Shown piece after piece: positions 15,001 through 22,103 of a stretch of DNA of 64,000 nucleotides; position 1 is the first letter of the stretch, and each line of letters opens with the position of its first letter. The DNA lies in the NCBI GenBank assembly GCA_000002435.2, contig CM018792.1; one strand, 5' to 3'. Origin of the DNA: Giardia intestinalis. Lineage: Eukaryota. The notes below the pieces were generated by a model. The model worked only from the letters and a program-made list of their open reading frames with translations, was not told the origin of the DNA and made no database searches. A program made the position numbers and the translations under genes.

Positions 15001-18000
15001 TTAAATGGAGAAATGAGCTCCAGACTATCCCGGATGCTTATGGAGGAGTGATCAGAAAAGCCTTTCCAGTCTTGGCTCAAGGTAGTTGGTTCATCAAATG
15101 TACATGCATGCTCTAAGCATTGATTCAGAAAGTAGGAAGCAAAGTGGTTAGAATTGAAAAGAAGCCGAATGGTGGAGAGAAATGAAAAATGCTGGATACC
15201 GTACAGAAGAAGTGAGACGACTAATAGGCGCAGTGTGGGTATCCATGTCCTATAGTTACATTCTAAGCGACAACACTCAAAGAGTGCGGTATTTTTAAAA
15301 CTATTAATCGTTTCTAATATTTTTGCAGAGATGATATCGGGCGAGTTATCCTTCAGTTTGATCACTGTTCGCACGTCCTTTTGCTTAACATATAGCGTTT
15401 GGAAGTACTTTATTTTGACGGGAAGCTTGATTACGTTCATGTGCATAGCAACATCCCGCAGTGACTGTAGGCCAGTGTTGGAAAGCAAGGTAAGCACTGG
15501 CGCATCGCGGATAGAGTTATCTAGAATAAACTGGCTGGCACGACTGGCGTTGGATATAGCCAATCTCGAGCCAGCTGCTATTGCAGAGACAACGCTAGTG
15601 ATCACAGTCTTCGCTGGAGCTCCATGAATGCTTGAAACGTTCGGTGGCGTATCTCCAACTGAGACGTGTTGATTGAATTGGCATTTAGCGGAGCGTACAG
15701 AGCGTGCAGTATCAATTGAAAAGCTATTTGCTGAAACTTCTCCAGCGGGCAACGGCAGTCCAAGTTGTGCGGTAGATATCTCAGAGGTGGTGTCACAGGC
15801 TGCTTGATCGTGGTCTTCGTGCAAGTTTTGGGCATGCTTAAGCAGTCTATCATCAAACGTGATAATCTGAGACGACTGGGACGGAGACGGTGGTGAAGTA
15901 GATTCTTTGTAAATAGAATCCCTAACCTTAGCAGCTGTTGGAGCAACTGATGAATCGATCATGGAGCCCGCTCCTTCAAGGTTTTCTTCCTGTACAACGG
16001 AAAGCTCCTGTTTGGCAGCTCGTGCTGTAAGTATAGATGGAAGCGATGAGGTTTTCGGTTTCTCCTTAGAACGCTGCGAGATTTGGAGCGTGCTCTGCTG
16101 CTTCAGTGTATATCCTGCCGAAATTTTTTCCCCATCAAGCAAGCTAAGAATAAACTTCATCCCTCTTGTTACGAAGGTATTGCTCTGTGTGTTCTTCTCA
16201 GAAATTAATACGGTGAGGTCATCCATACCTTTGGAAAGTAACTCTTCGTGACGGGGTGTATCAATGTTGGTCGTCAAGCCCTTAGGGGCATCGGCATCGA
16301 TACCATCAGTGGTAAAAATGGATGTTTCAAGGATTACTTGGTGTCTAGGATCATAGTCTTCATTGATTAAAAACTCTGCGGTGCTAGGTTCTATGAGTCT
16401 GTGGGCTGTGCTCTGATGATACGAATATTCCGAGTTGTATTGATCATGTCTGTCATTAAGGCTAGGTGCTGCATGGGCCAACATTGAAATGTTGCTACGC
16501 TCGGCCACATGCATCTTTCGGCTGCACAAAAAGATTGTGTCTATATATGTTAGGAAAAGTGACGGATTAAAAGCCGTCACTGGCTGATGCATTATTCGTG
16601 TGTAGGAGGCAAACATATCCACAATTGAAACGAGAAGTTGACAAGGGCTTTCAACCACTGAAAGAATGTCTCGAAAGCTTGGCTCCTCGATAGCCAAGGT
16701 GATCCCGAGAATCTCGCTCCATTGGGTTATTGCACCAAATATCTTAACAGTCTCCTTAACGAGAACATGTACCTCCGTGAAGATCGCATAGAGGTCATAG
16801 TACGGCGACGTATTACCTGTCTGCTTTTGGTCTGCAGACTGCTTCATTATAAGTGTGTTACCCGAGGCATGACTCATCTTTATCGTTCCCGATCTCGAGT
16901 CCTCGTCTAATTCATATATGCACTTTACCAGGAATCGAAAGAGCGACTCCAAATCGGTAATTAGTGGGTTGCTGCATAGATAGTCGTCTGTCGGCCGAGT
17001 ATAAAGAGTGATCATATGCCTCTGAAATGAACTGTGTCGCGTTATCGCCAAATTGGTGTGGCTTTGTACAAACTTTATGAATGCATAGGCGTCCTCCCCG
17101 TTTTGAGATTTAAAGTACTGTTCGAGTCTATTCAACACAATATTGCTCGTCAGGCGTGGATATTTTTCCTTGAACTCATGCGGTCGAGCCACAGAAGATA
17201 TCAGATCAGACGTTGTGAGCCGTGTTACTTCGTTCGCAAGGCCTATGCACAGTTGGCGCAAGTAGAGAAGATATTCTACACTGAGATAAATGAAATTAGA
17301 AAACGACTGGAGTCTCCGATCGATGTTTCTTTTGCAGGTGTTAATAAGTCGCCTGAAGTTGAGGATTTTTTCTATGAACGAAAGAATAAGATAATTATGC
17401 GCATATCCCCGAAGTTGCAGTTGAGAAAGCCTCATTGAAACAAGAATGGAGACCTTGGGCAGAGTTGCTTGACACTTAACTGCCTTTTCGAAGGGGAGCT
17501 TGGCAGGATCAATCTTGTTGCTTGCAACACGCTTCAGGTAGCGTGTCTTCCTTCGCTCATACTTACTACGATCCTTAGAGATCCTAGTCCAGAGCTGGAT
17601 GTCGAAGGCATGATCAAGCATCTGCTCAAACGTAATACGGTCCTCTGGAATAAATAGTAGATCTTTCTGGAGAAGATACCGGTGCACACTTAGGTCATGA
17701 AGCGAGTCCATGTCAGCAGCAGCGTGCTGATTGGTACGCTCGACTTCCGCTGGACTATCTTCTCTAGCTCCGTCTGTATGTACGGTGATGTCTTCCTTTT
17801 TATCAGCGGACCCTTCAGAATCTGAGTCGTCGCTTTGATGAATCGTCCCCTGTGATTCAGTCTGGACACCTGCCTTTAATTTGGCACTAACACCCAGATA
17901 CTCAAAGAGGCTTTGGACGTCTGTAATAGACGCAGTACTCTCAATGTAGGACAAGAGAGGTAGAAGATCTATGAGCATCTTGATCGCCGGGATCCAGCCA

Positions 18001-21000
18001 CATATGAACTTCTGGGCATCATCTAGGCCAGTGATGACCATATCCAAGTTATCCGGAGTGTCCATGTCGAGGCAGATCCTGTTCTCAAAGAAGGAAATGG
18101 TAGCAAAGGGTGTCTGTAAAACCTCACTGATTGTCTGGCGAACATGTTCACGAACGTGCTCGATTACAGCGATGAGCTTATTTATCAGTTGCTTCTTCAT
18201 TAGGGTGGTGTCATACATAATAAAATTGATATAGAATCGCGGATTGATTGGCAAGATTTCTTTTCTAATGTAATTTAGTATTCTATTAATTACTATAGTA
18301 GCGTTATCAACAATCACGTAAAGAAGGGAAGCCTCACGGTGCCGCTTTCTTATAGAATTCTTCTCTGATGAAGGCTTCCCCAGCCGTGGGAAAGGACAGT
18401 CAGATATGTGCGGCTCTTTGCTGGAACTCTGTTGTTGGGTGGTGGTAGCTAAGGACGCCGTCTCTGACCTGTCTGAGTGCTGTTCCTGTTCGCTATCCTG
18501 TTCTTCAACAGTACCAGGAATTGGAGTGGCAGCACTTGAGGAAGACTCCTTAGTAGGGTCACAAAGACCATATGAATTTAGATACTCGCCTGTAGTGAGT
18601 TGTACACTGAAGAGGGGGTTATTAAAGGTAAGTATTTCATCATGTAATATGTTAGTCATATCTGCCTGCTCTTCAACGACTAACTTGGCAGGACTCTGAT
18701 AAAGGAAGAGGGGTGGAGTAAATATAGACTCCGGTAACGAGTTATCTGTCTCCTGGGTGCTTGCATCATCCAGTAACCTCTTGAGCTGTTCGGCATCTTC
18801 GCTTGCAGTTAGATATCGATGTCGCAGGACATTATGCAATGCAATAGTGTGCAGTTTGTTCCGTTCTAGCTCTCTTGTGATGTTCTCTGAACATAGAAAG
18901 GCAGCTGAATAAATATTAGAAAGCAACTGGTCAAACTGCCGAAAAAACTGGCGATTGTAAGATATTATTAACAAATTTGACTTAGATCCCATTGAACTGG
19001 GCGGGCATCGGTATAGTATTTCCTTCAATGACGTGATATTGTTGAAGTTTTCTTCGAGGAGCTGCGCATAGCTGAGTCGAAGCCTCTTCCGTTCCTCAAA
19101 ATAGGCTAGCTCAAAGTCCGAATAACGTGATGCTATGATATCTTCCAGGTACACCTCTCGCTGAAGACGATCCTGAAATGTCTTGGGCTTAATAATATTG
19201 AAGGAGGTTAGATCTTGTTGTATGAGCTCAAGCTCCTTATGAACCAGTTGTTTGCAGTATCGCTTAAGTGGCGGTAGCTCAGAGTAGCCTTTCACGATGC
19301 TTTTAGATAAGAAAATCAAATTGGTAGTGAGGTGGTACTCGAGATCAGTATTAAGTCGATGTAAGGAGTGCACTAAATTGGTGACGACAGTCCGGATCAT
19401 AGTAACTTGGGCAACGCAATCCACTGTGAATCCAACTACCAGATTAGCCAGCCCATTAAGATCTTCTCTGCGCTGGTAGGGCTTGAACACATCTGGCTTT
19501 CGAAAACATACGAAGTCCAGCTTAACAAGTGGCTTATGAGGCAGTTTAATAGTAGAAACATTCTGAGTCGTTATTGCTGCTTCTATGGAGCTGGTGGATC
19601 GCAATTGATTCATAGATTCTTCGGTTGCATAGGCATACTCTGCACGGCACAACTCCAAGAGGTTCTCCTGAATCATATCTAGGTCTTCAGAGAATGTACG
19701 CTGTAGAAAGAGAACGACCTGATAGTTAAATATCTCGTAGGCAAGAACTGGGTTTTCTTCCAAGCGTCTATTACTCTCTTGTATCTTGTTTAAGTTGAAG
19801 TCCCTAAAGAATAGCGCAGAAATAAGCGGGACAACATCGGTGATGAAGAGTGCAAAGAGCTTGCTGTACAAAAATGCGTACCTTAATGTGTCAGAGTACT
19901 GATCACTATCGAGAGGAAGATCATAGTAGAAATCAGCGTGCGCCGAACCAGTAGACTGCTCAAGAATGCTCTTCACAATACTCTTTTGGGCCTCCTTAAC
20001 AATAGCCACATTGGCATGCTCATCTTTCAATTGTAGGGCAGGCTTACTCTCGTCGTCGTCATCATCAGATATCACATCCAGATTGTGATAAACATGAGGT
20101 GGCTCAAGATGTATTCGCTGAGAAATGTACTTTTCGACATATATATGGGGAGATTTTAGCGTACGGCGTCTCAACATGGGAAGAATTAAGGGATCTAACA
20201 AGAAGTCAACTGTGCGAGGAAAAGCGGAGAACTCCTTTAGCAAGGATTGGGTCTCCGATGATTCACGCTTGATCACCTCATAGATCTGTCGCTTTACAGA
20301 GACGAAGTTATACCCAAGCTCTCTATACCTTAGCTCCAGTTCTGCGAACAACTCATTGTATTGTCGTAAAAGAATCCGTGACGAGGAAAACGCATCTAAT
20401 AGCCCTGCAATAGAGAGATTGATTGGTGCACAAAACCTTGATAGAAGTTGAAGAAACGTGTTTGACAGCTTTATAAACTTTGACGAATACCTGGGAAGAT
20501 CCAATAGAACAGTGTGCTGAGCTATGAATGGCCTTTTGCTGAGAGAAATTGCTGATTTGGAATAGAACGAAAAGGTGGTAGATCCACGTGCCCGTCGACT
20601 AACCATCGAGTGGAAGATCCGCCTGGTCTCACGAGAGTACAGAATAATACCATACCGTAAACAATCATTGTAGAGCGCATGCAACTCTACACTAATAGAA
20701 GTTGAGTCTGCACATGGGAGGTTTGGTGGTGTGCTATTTGCAAAATAAGAGCTGGTAGTATTGGTACCATTGTTCTGGTCTTCACCGTCTGGTAACAAAT
20801 CGCTTAATCCCTTCAAAATCAACGCAATCTTTTGAAGATCACAGGATTTGCGAGGTGCAAGCACACGCGTTTCTTCATTGACATCGTCAATTGTGCAGAG
20901 ACGCATCAGCGTATAGCTCACTGCTTGAGAATAGAAAACAGAGTAGTCAGAGATAATGCCCTCTAGCGCAGCTGGTAACACAGGACACAATAAAAGAAGT

Positions 21001-21965
21001 AGGCCATGTGCCTCTGTGCTATAAAGATCACCAGTAAGAAGAAGGGACTTCTGCTCAGTAGTGAGTTGGGACGATAGAGGGGTAGAGAGAAGTGAACGAA
21101 GGACTGCCCTATTGTCTCTAAGAAAGAGCCAAATTGTTTTTGGGTTAATCAGTAGGGAGGTCGATCGTTCAACATCTTTTTTAGCTCGTTCGAAGTCAGC
21201 TAATGATGGCGAAAGATCCAAGCTAAAGTGCTGACTCTGCACCTGAAGTTGCGATTTGACGTAGTCATTAGAAAATAAGTGAAGGTTGAAGAGGAGGCAT
21301 ACCGAATTAATAACCAAGCGCCGTATGTGTGTATGTAACGTATGCTCCAGATATGTGACCCGCTTGTCCTCGTTGACAAAGCGATCAGAGGAGGAACGGT
21401 TTCTAAGAGTTAGTAAGGTATCTGCAGTGGTAATAACAAGAAAGTTATCAATCAGGTAGCGAGCAGATTGTTCGTATGAGGAGTATATCCCATTATTATA
21501 GAGATTGTAAGAGAAGCGTGCGTCCTTATCATCCTGGAGGCTACCGTAGCAGTCTAAATGTATAAGTTGCAGATTAACCTCATGGAATGACCTGGTGCAC
21601 GCATCCCAATCTGTAGAATCTCTGCCAGTGGACAAGGCTACCAAAGCATAGTTCCTTGCAACATCTATTGCTAGGAGGCGGATGGGAACAAGGGTGAATT
21701 GATTATATTCATAAAATGCAGGATGGCCACGAAGAGCTGGATTGTCAATTGAAGATTGAACAACACGAATTGTAATAGTAGTAAGACTGAGGGTAGGTGC
21801 GCTCTCCTGGAGCTCTGCATAAGACCGAGTAATATTCTTTAATGAAAGAGATGGAGATGCAGGGGAGGTTTGTGTTGGAGACGCGCGATGAAGGGTCGAA
21901 GGCTCCCGCTGGCCTATATGCAATAACTTGCAAAAGACTATGGGAATTCGAAAGCTGACACTCAT
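1..21965 (-). CDS. Giant hypothetical protein, 3'-partial (runs off the window's left edge); at least ~7,300 codons in the window; one Walker-A-like motif
   Basis: Across 22 kb the track lists no complete ORF of 60 aa or more in the minus frame whose codon high coordinate is ≡2 mod 3. All six short minus-strand ORFs listed in 1–22000 sit in the other two frames; five of the six share frame ≡1, as expected for out-of-frame noise over a real coding frame. Hand translation of three widely separated spots (1–140, 8100–8220, 21900–22037) shows this frame open. The first ATG is at ~21963–21965, preceded by an in-frame stop at ~22035–22037. Revcomp of ~8100–8220 reads ...FVILGDSFSGKTTILQIAASLIGSDRVSLQTFYVGNSTIK.... 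A complete ORF would have been listed, so the frame must stay open to position 1. Confidence 0.7.
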   Translation of the reverse strand, partial: MSVSFRIPIVFCKLLHIGQREPSTLHRASPTQTSPASPSLSLKNITRSYAELQESAPTLSLTTITIRVVQSSIDNPALRGHPAFYEYNQFTLVPIRLLAIDVARNYALVALSTGRDSTDWDACTRSFHEVNLQLIHLDCYGSLQDDKDARFSYNLYNNGIYSSYEQSARYLIDNFLVITTADTLLTLRNRSSSDRFVNEDKRVTYLEHTLHTHIRRLVINSVCLLFNLHLFSNDYVKSQLQVQSQHFSLDLSPSLADFERAKKDVERSTSLLINPKTIWLFLRDNRAVLRSLLSTPLSSQLTTEQKSLLLTGDLYSTEAHGLLLLLCPVLPAALEGIISDYSVFYSQAVSYTLMRLCTIDDVNEETRVLAPRKSCDLQKIALILKGLSDLLPDGEDQNNGTNTTSSYFANSTPPNLPCADSTSISVELHALYNDCLRYGIILYSRETRRIFHSMVSRRARGSTTFSFYSKSAISLSKRPFIAQHTVLLDLPRYSSKFIKLSNTFLQLLSRFCAPINLSIAGLLDAFSSSRILLRQYNELFAELELRYRELGYNFVSVKRQIYEVIKRESSETQSLLKEFSAFPRTVDFLLDPLILPMLRRRTLKSPHIYVEKYISQRIHLEPPHVYHNLDVISDDDDDESKPALQLKDEHANVAIVKEAQKSIVKSILEQSTGSAHADFYYDLPLDSDQYSDTLRYAFLYSKLFALFITDVVPLISALFFRDFNLNKIQESNRRLEENPVLAYEIFNYQVVLFLQRTFSEDLDMIQENLLELCRAEYAYATEESMNQLRSTSSIEAAITTQNVSTIKLPHKPLVKLDFVCFRKPDVFKPYQRREDLNGLANLVVGFTVDCVAQVTMIRTVVTNLVHSLHRLNTDLEYHLTTNLIFLSKSIVKGYSELPPLKRYCKQLVHKELELIQQDLTSFNIIKPKTFQDRLQREVYLEDIIASRYSDFELAYFEERKRLRLSYAQLLEENFNNITSLKEILYRCPPSSMGSKSNLLIISYNRQFFRQFDQLLSNIYSAAFLCSENITRELERNKLHTIALHNVLRHRYLTASEDAEQLKRLLDDASTQETDNSLPESIFTPPLFLYQSPAKLVVEEQADMTNILHDEILTFNNPLFSVQLTTGEYLNSYGLCDPTKESSSSAATPIPGTVEEQDSEQEQHSDRSETASLATTTQQQSSSKEPHISDCPFPRLGKPSSEKNSIRKRHREASLLYVIVDNATIVINRILNYIRKEILPINPRFYINFIMYDTTLMKKQLINKLIAVIEHVREHVRQTISEVLQTPFATISFFENRICLDMDTPDNLDMVITGLDDAQKFICGWIPAIKMLIDLLPLLSYIESTASITDVQSLFEYLGVSAKLKAGVQTESQGTIHQSDDSDSEGSADKKEDITVHTDGAREDSPAEVERTNQHAAADMDSLHDLSVHRYLLQKDLLFIPEDRITFEQMLDHAFDIQLWTRISKDRSKYERRKTRYLKRVASNKIDPAKLPFEKAVKCQATLPKVSILVSMRLSQLQLRGYAHNYLILSFIEKILNFRRLINTCKRNIDRRLQSFSNFIYLSVEYLLYLRQLCIGLANEVTRLTTSDLISSVARPHEFKEKYPRLTSNIVLNRLEQYFKSQNGEDAYAFIKFVQSHTNLAITRHSSFQRHMITLYTRPTDDYLCSNPLITDLESLFRFLVKCIYELDEDSRSGTIKMSHASGNTLIMKQSADQKQTGNTSPYYDLYAIFTEVHVLVKETVKIFGAITQWSEILGITLAIEEPSFRDILSVVESPCQLLVSIVDMFASYTRIMHQPVTAFNPSLFLTYIDTIFLCSRKMHVAERSNISMLAHAAPSLNDRHDQYNSEYSYHQSTAHRLIEPSTAEFLINEDYDPRHQVILETSIFTTDGIDADAPKGLTTNIDTPRHEELLSKGMDDLTVLISEKNTQSNTFVTRGMKFILSLLDGEKISAGYTLKQQSTLQISQRSKEKPKTSSLPSILTARAAKQELSVVQEENLEGAGSMIDSSVAPTAAKVRDSIYKESTSPPSPSQSSQIITFDDRLLKHAQNLHEDHDQAACDTTSEISTAQLGLPLPAGEVSANSFSIDTARSVRSAKCQFNQHVSVGDTPPNVSSIHGAPAKTVITSVVSAIAAGSRLAISNASRASQFILDNSIRDAPVLTLLSNTGLQSLRDVAMHMNVIKLPVKIKYFQTLYVKQKDVRTVIKLKDNSPDIISAKILETINSFKNTALFECCRLECNYRTWIPTLRLLVVSLLLYGIQHFSFLSTIRLLFNSNHFASYFLNQCLEHACTFDEPTTLSQDWKGFSDHSSISIRDSLELISPFNHQLASQINKQYLLNYSAENRLLEIYYWLHNIDIFITYYTINLHLNDEIARVLGDLDFTFGEHNADAAEAIKTEISDSNSLVPVVQKSGILLPRRTVGVTEVIEDATAPGSETKSDLAEAFKDQHRHCTDSSDEDAFDLFETPFGRIAGCTNRKTTLPLLKPRIKALTIIAPQPSIASRDDDASLSHQPGNSTLSSQTPIKETNDTTKQARAKSILISRDQRHVQSKVLLGNQRTRAPLIRKRRSYDGPARITLPFFNTHPYLLKALREGIFIVTAILADKGVIPKVAKMARIIEDKLIFCRNFVIAIGNVRKLLPELIALTNAIYDGIADLTLLKLSPNDVKKVTIEILSCLKHICIFAKSKHEVVWKLNSMGQQNVHEHESVYTLPFISFLDNLNLLDRRRCGTRLSVPKFYTDESPNPNCFQFMNLFARDILAKVQSFMTNVLAAEELLSRCRRNLSSHPVVTTIYANQQYRICAPYARLPLSFAVLYSQLTTVPLTGVLTDALFNSVFSPLIVDTDESSVEDGFEDEPPRDMTDVKHGPQLSYSLLSNLIDSTGNFFGIFKGHENIFYQTIIKANARVKDCYLFTEGSLHSQHIVHNYRKAALLFLNERYREALLFCTYQAIVYALSCIVYLYCDGRSESFIYCYENVICSMIRILEEETYDLIRGTGKLRAQGSFQVGSTFSATSSRILMLKALYARLLEHKETLDIMALTVVQHVIARNILPPERIPSLTDQFDARLCWDILLLYGRNRGLVLSGLEHGVSLSIATNRQTSALVYSLASDTLLGNGANRRVDLPMLDLTYTAEEKTLIKNAKARLQARTESVSLLTSNSDAPEGTEPRDTKGNDNVAFDDFAALTMELFRTPESLSKLNQATVSTANLDDKMAYATPVSSIALNCDTNITDFRMPTAPLSETLVNIVLSGQLISISSSYFNPANEYDSMYISHTMRLKAARLISALRSKSVALLLTDWARGYFALEVYYLAHLVARYLSSHVLFIPITDASFLPQYNRLRELLISRYLVILYGVDTLTKEHLEMLSTTFATTTLSYGFEDFSSYSISSETRLEFNPYSRSSRSYSSQGWIPIDSDIDHSFCRLIIWLAGAMPQECSVTTTMTSSPSSHSQRSSSGPHIVDEHYIYQVHPHAERVTQKFRKAYMMYLPFIPYISTLQSTHEFRTTQLVCASASLVDQTTFTKNFSAYKSIVLEVYMEHVESLKHQIVVRADKNLGDSCCTISPFQRLFRSLPGLYQDSFYHLHVFLSNLSNDFPKLLGLDFMLIQHRLAPDANRTAACTQTFVYLVSCMYLATEESFCLVDDINSDLLQSDGATHEEVKSEAPHAAINLQHKLSILISCLISVFGLSPANATTFEHSGSRVTSDSMAYMIRRSSSPKYLESLHGLQRSAGILSEFGAYMATVMMDLLAAKEPFAILTTSMAQQFFEYVHAILSRASALTFLLAYSSADIHFYADLLSAFPNRYALAIVLDQHSDLLLYQNILGMLAARQTIYSENNKTYTFKAPVHVIIVARARDARILQLSIRKFSLSRNLHLSDIGFYFMSFGNLSQLNISHLISIQAPTLASISSYDKLMQYIYANFDADYHIYTSSFLTRTKLGLYISYFNFLVFNFVMFISTEIGAHLTLTLRHWRIIKALIHLFFRYYGILDVQTGNDSHRPTLSTEEELSTDTMNLYHELSIRSYTDAKNPISFKQQKDLREASTKPLEFNINDALGSHFSYFSEPISLAHSFADLRGESLQSNPGAHNLNHRSVSFETAYSTMLNQTSAQFTQSFISRLLLTSNSRHIADILHYSVISTVFSAFMLLYRMEYINGGLLFNSLSYYRLYASLLSYIPTFSLTLESEFFEQHVFYRKDGFRLSKWMHLFCDNAIMSLQDLYVSQTYFFTNAETYPTFSALFAKRHAESLNPKVAHSTGSSTGSSTLSRGPNYCETYANVSDMGAAARGEASVEAFSVPDDQFAAKPEKTVSDSNFKSMWGGSTYSFIAITSYLSDRLLLTIAKKLGLTAEIIYELEQVSLPQYRKKCMESLSKRADQLRISRLKETQSTIPTGMSASSVNKIKNNSQAQRLDISRPVNNTSLLPEKAELNADCTDFSAVLRKVASSTSTGQSLQRVSTRVLTSLECQSLPTKGSRISSAPHQLEGDNLASAGTPKTTSRARLGRLKHLQLDSVPEKTGSQDDKYVVSFIRRYMPILEVPYRVGEEIFVSTSLLTMQNSYADTSNSLQLVITNDMSAYAVYYAGCMLSGESFVILGDSFSGKTTILQIAASLIGSDRVSLQTFYVGNSTIKTIADLQVQILRKSYLLRPEISRAGNLYTAQSVNGKFNILHISGLTHANLLEFLSLPLLEHVIYVDISQRDVSKAIGGFCGRIFLRDSVVIYEVSSSCTERTARRLMDMSVYVSTFSATSKPTFFHSLVYRNFVYDHLIQDAYCSMEKSVANYHAIHYDVDDPLTALLPVSPRFHYPKVFQPITARVFAARGIKRFPKLSAESIAGNIDALQSDHRPQLTKYAPMSIVIRTLVKSFAEGLLLIRPLLPISLLELLCSMKQNVYFDDTDVRNVFGYPPSSFLENLHMLVPSANSLFSALLRHGSVPISVSTRVYSELVSAFSVGTLSSTSVFSVLTPEYAEAFKRMYPFLIPFSYSDNGRADTISIMLHFSWETCLKTVIDPDGPSHSALSMPVSSRDSKVSTPNSRHAPVLIFNGDYFTRHRFELQRRIPVSARKDFRYNKILNIDKAYSVDVLKFTGDLIDELSVDDGPKHEPLLPTAVSAAEKPRERAESKKNAALTMLSKMSKFQDIHLTSMLTRAGLDFFDSDSSSDDSSSMTLESTDRSEHRPDLLERRGELTSAANTAIRATYSDYAQGFLRNDNVSTARDRSEQEQEQSHDLDLTQHQLVQDFEDKRPSTTIVRLLVKYRDIREVTHLSSHVAIILIRAYLITEIMWHRNCIKIYEYLSTLRFGPANGMTQFNQFSRVYNPPKILISYLQLSNLHNYVEDTHHMLQFIALLGNFKLVNSLDFMGFITGLYYSPHDGTVRIPKDGQRGSMAPTSTKSKPKQPKDCSVSLLNIHQGMYTNFAIHLLFTRYHRYLINSYQLITLVGILAIEAEIGDVELSIRKSLKPIKSSYYSDSSDEDDFIAQTNPRILRTLKKKSVFTPDSRPFLRAEKPVMTYSGKLSKSDPYYYIFREVNKYCVEREPVNGFSLPLTGLRLDFLVDLVGVYKTSKDVSVLTYYIVRAYLLMALGFSPSLGLKDLSLLRINEFYNTETSSGMGVWNSIDSSLVKKHLGRASIRDFFLPEPVDILLVLHSNLLVGKLDILSSIASLPHTLTAVFLEEELRFISLLVSCYYELDFLLCDQELMWLLSRNFSILVLNDTVSISLDILKCLTILPSIGDQAIQKYVVNGTCLSGTDSFTSVSFTTNYFHNLEKSLNIMFSSVAEPLLRCFSVTSKKTLYLPESNSVLPPDIFGEFRGTLILACTIGYAICLQYLQTSTLNYTLTFSAYTEHVWRFCYLRMGMYSGFAITLYTLANNLRSEALKSKFQRVCLGATATDEAHMQSRPGMQGPSKTNILAAVPEGTCNTNSLLPLMLESKQHAKAPLISPEAADDSITPRGILGRFSSKLTSISHRSRSSTKFNDIVLATQSEDILTIINEIMDDFAAIVRRVIVDSVIAVSSLVFKHQLLPTLQHSNALEVLIMNAAIDADLVKSITTSEYSTQANRYLAHIEGGAVEYKGFQNKGQKPAEVSNRSFMNHFVTEMDSAGIERSLMLALDTFQINLPLLLRYADLALEMRFGMSQDLLNGRISIEYSRYLLFRKSTVHSFLCHTLFSRGQEKIPVLPCSLFLPVLYMAETLRHIEETKNLQHPASADQIKRAYSFEFIDCSMQHDEFISRLRLALSCSGAADHPLCLYNMFAPSCTDNNRSLARLLRSLLTLVNSPLPQPDEFGDTKPFHASLSIDDAVQATLAYHPRMRRMYLSLADPYESLYLLEFNHRLHILHSPVATLQYYVGSETSTSEGTPQSNFPAIGLSAIEKLQRHRQTVLYDYIIEELTIIFTYEAIHLNLPIIRISQFLLRKNKIVGVLSEFNRYLEGLSAPQNPVTLTDVELFLAYIKHIHAELQKLTDFTIIPLSIKQGIRTRARTLLSVYELLWKLSERFEALSVAFTDTFFFSLVTSVIVDLQGVDHSALHHRRLLPKHTSERRMTELLPTIVHHLLSKISAIVPQAYMKSLLGMISCLESISGQCNVQKHMLLFSSIVTDQSLSKPVGFLDNGRAMDSFLPNTADSLAIERWNKLCSLVFIAPDLAKEWVAFFSTQKTQYLTYVRGSSFFRKVLGHYAYVERSSKHSNRLSAETFLAPHALLKSAVHEYNIVELFGGFTSETGIVPAWSSTSNKAVYGSGTVPVKEPIANTHPGDYNSYKVTDKKTINSDDDTSSEGSVASLTDEDYDAMFDYDYADSENMHPSLQAKTATKARKHISMSRRSMTAMLKRAETAGFSVKTTHQDKGKSANFENSMQLHNNTDSVYERLIPDELIMELKDDMTLGNFPISIQSPSANGVWIAFLLSICLNPTHLQEDLNLLMKVSKLTNSASFSLVDVFSSDRDDELLSKFLQCPLKSLTGSISKFIAAFYRSQLWSQDFPPSEKLSYGMFFSDNGQPLSHASKQSLLEEMCPMCASKTVAIFFDSTLDILTLISFAFEYLVDQLLLTAPVVYKTKPTHADLLSYLVVVLSDGNKSVEWLVQLFISKPVRPKHGLIILIPTSYSAPALSRVLIGHLCAAFAPELVVFNAPIGKIEKIHHYFTLFRIQQIHFATRHSTDKALALEAGTLKLPIISSRTLLGLLIFFVTQSPPPDCPHIRISDTYTTLDSAAALLFQAVIESEHMQALVNTLRTRLRVHPAIIEKIQNLYAAIWATISAIRRYDPERASYHPLNRRLTELYNQLLVSYARVFHKLDHVSVYEKIYTSPGSLLHSRFLKHCIFSLCHELQDKVTLAH

Positions 21966-22103
21966 TAGGAAAACTTTACGCCCTGAGTGACTGAAATATA
22001 TGCTCAAACAGGATAGGGACAGGACACGAGCTGACTAGTCCAGGACGCGATGCAAAGGTCTTAAAAAAATCTCCGCTTCAGGTAGCTCGACTTGTGTACG
22101 TCC
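21966..22103. promoter_or_regulatory. Short AT-rich divergent intergenic region (putative bidirectional initiator region) between the giant gene (−) and the hypothetical gene (+)
   Basis: About 138 bp separate the two divergent start codons and include 'cttaaaaaaatctcc'. Giardia promoters are short AT-rich initiator elements right next to the ATG. Confidence 0.35.

Noticed and set aside
3335-15946. Cluster of short minus-strand track ORFs (3335–3574, 5687–5959, 10427–10633, 13721–13927, 15602–15946) and many short plus-strand ORFs within the first 22 kb
   Set aside because: All five minus ORFs lie in one alternative frame (high coordinate ≡1 mod 3). Each is an out-of-frame by-product of the giant coding frame (≡2 mod 3), as are the short + strand ORFs. 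None has a recognisable motif.
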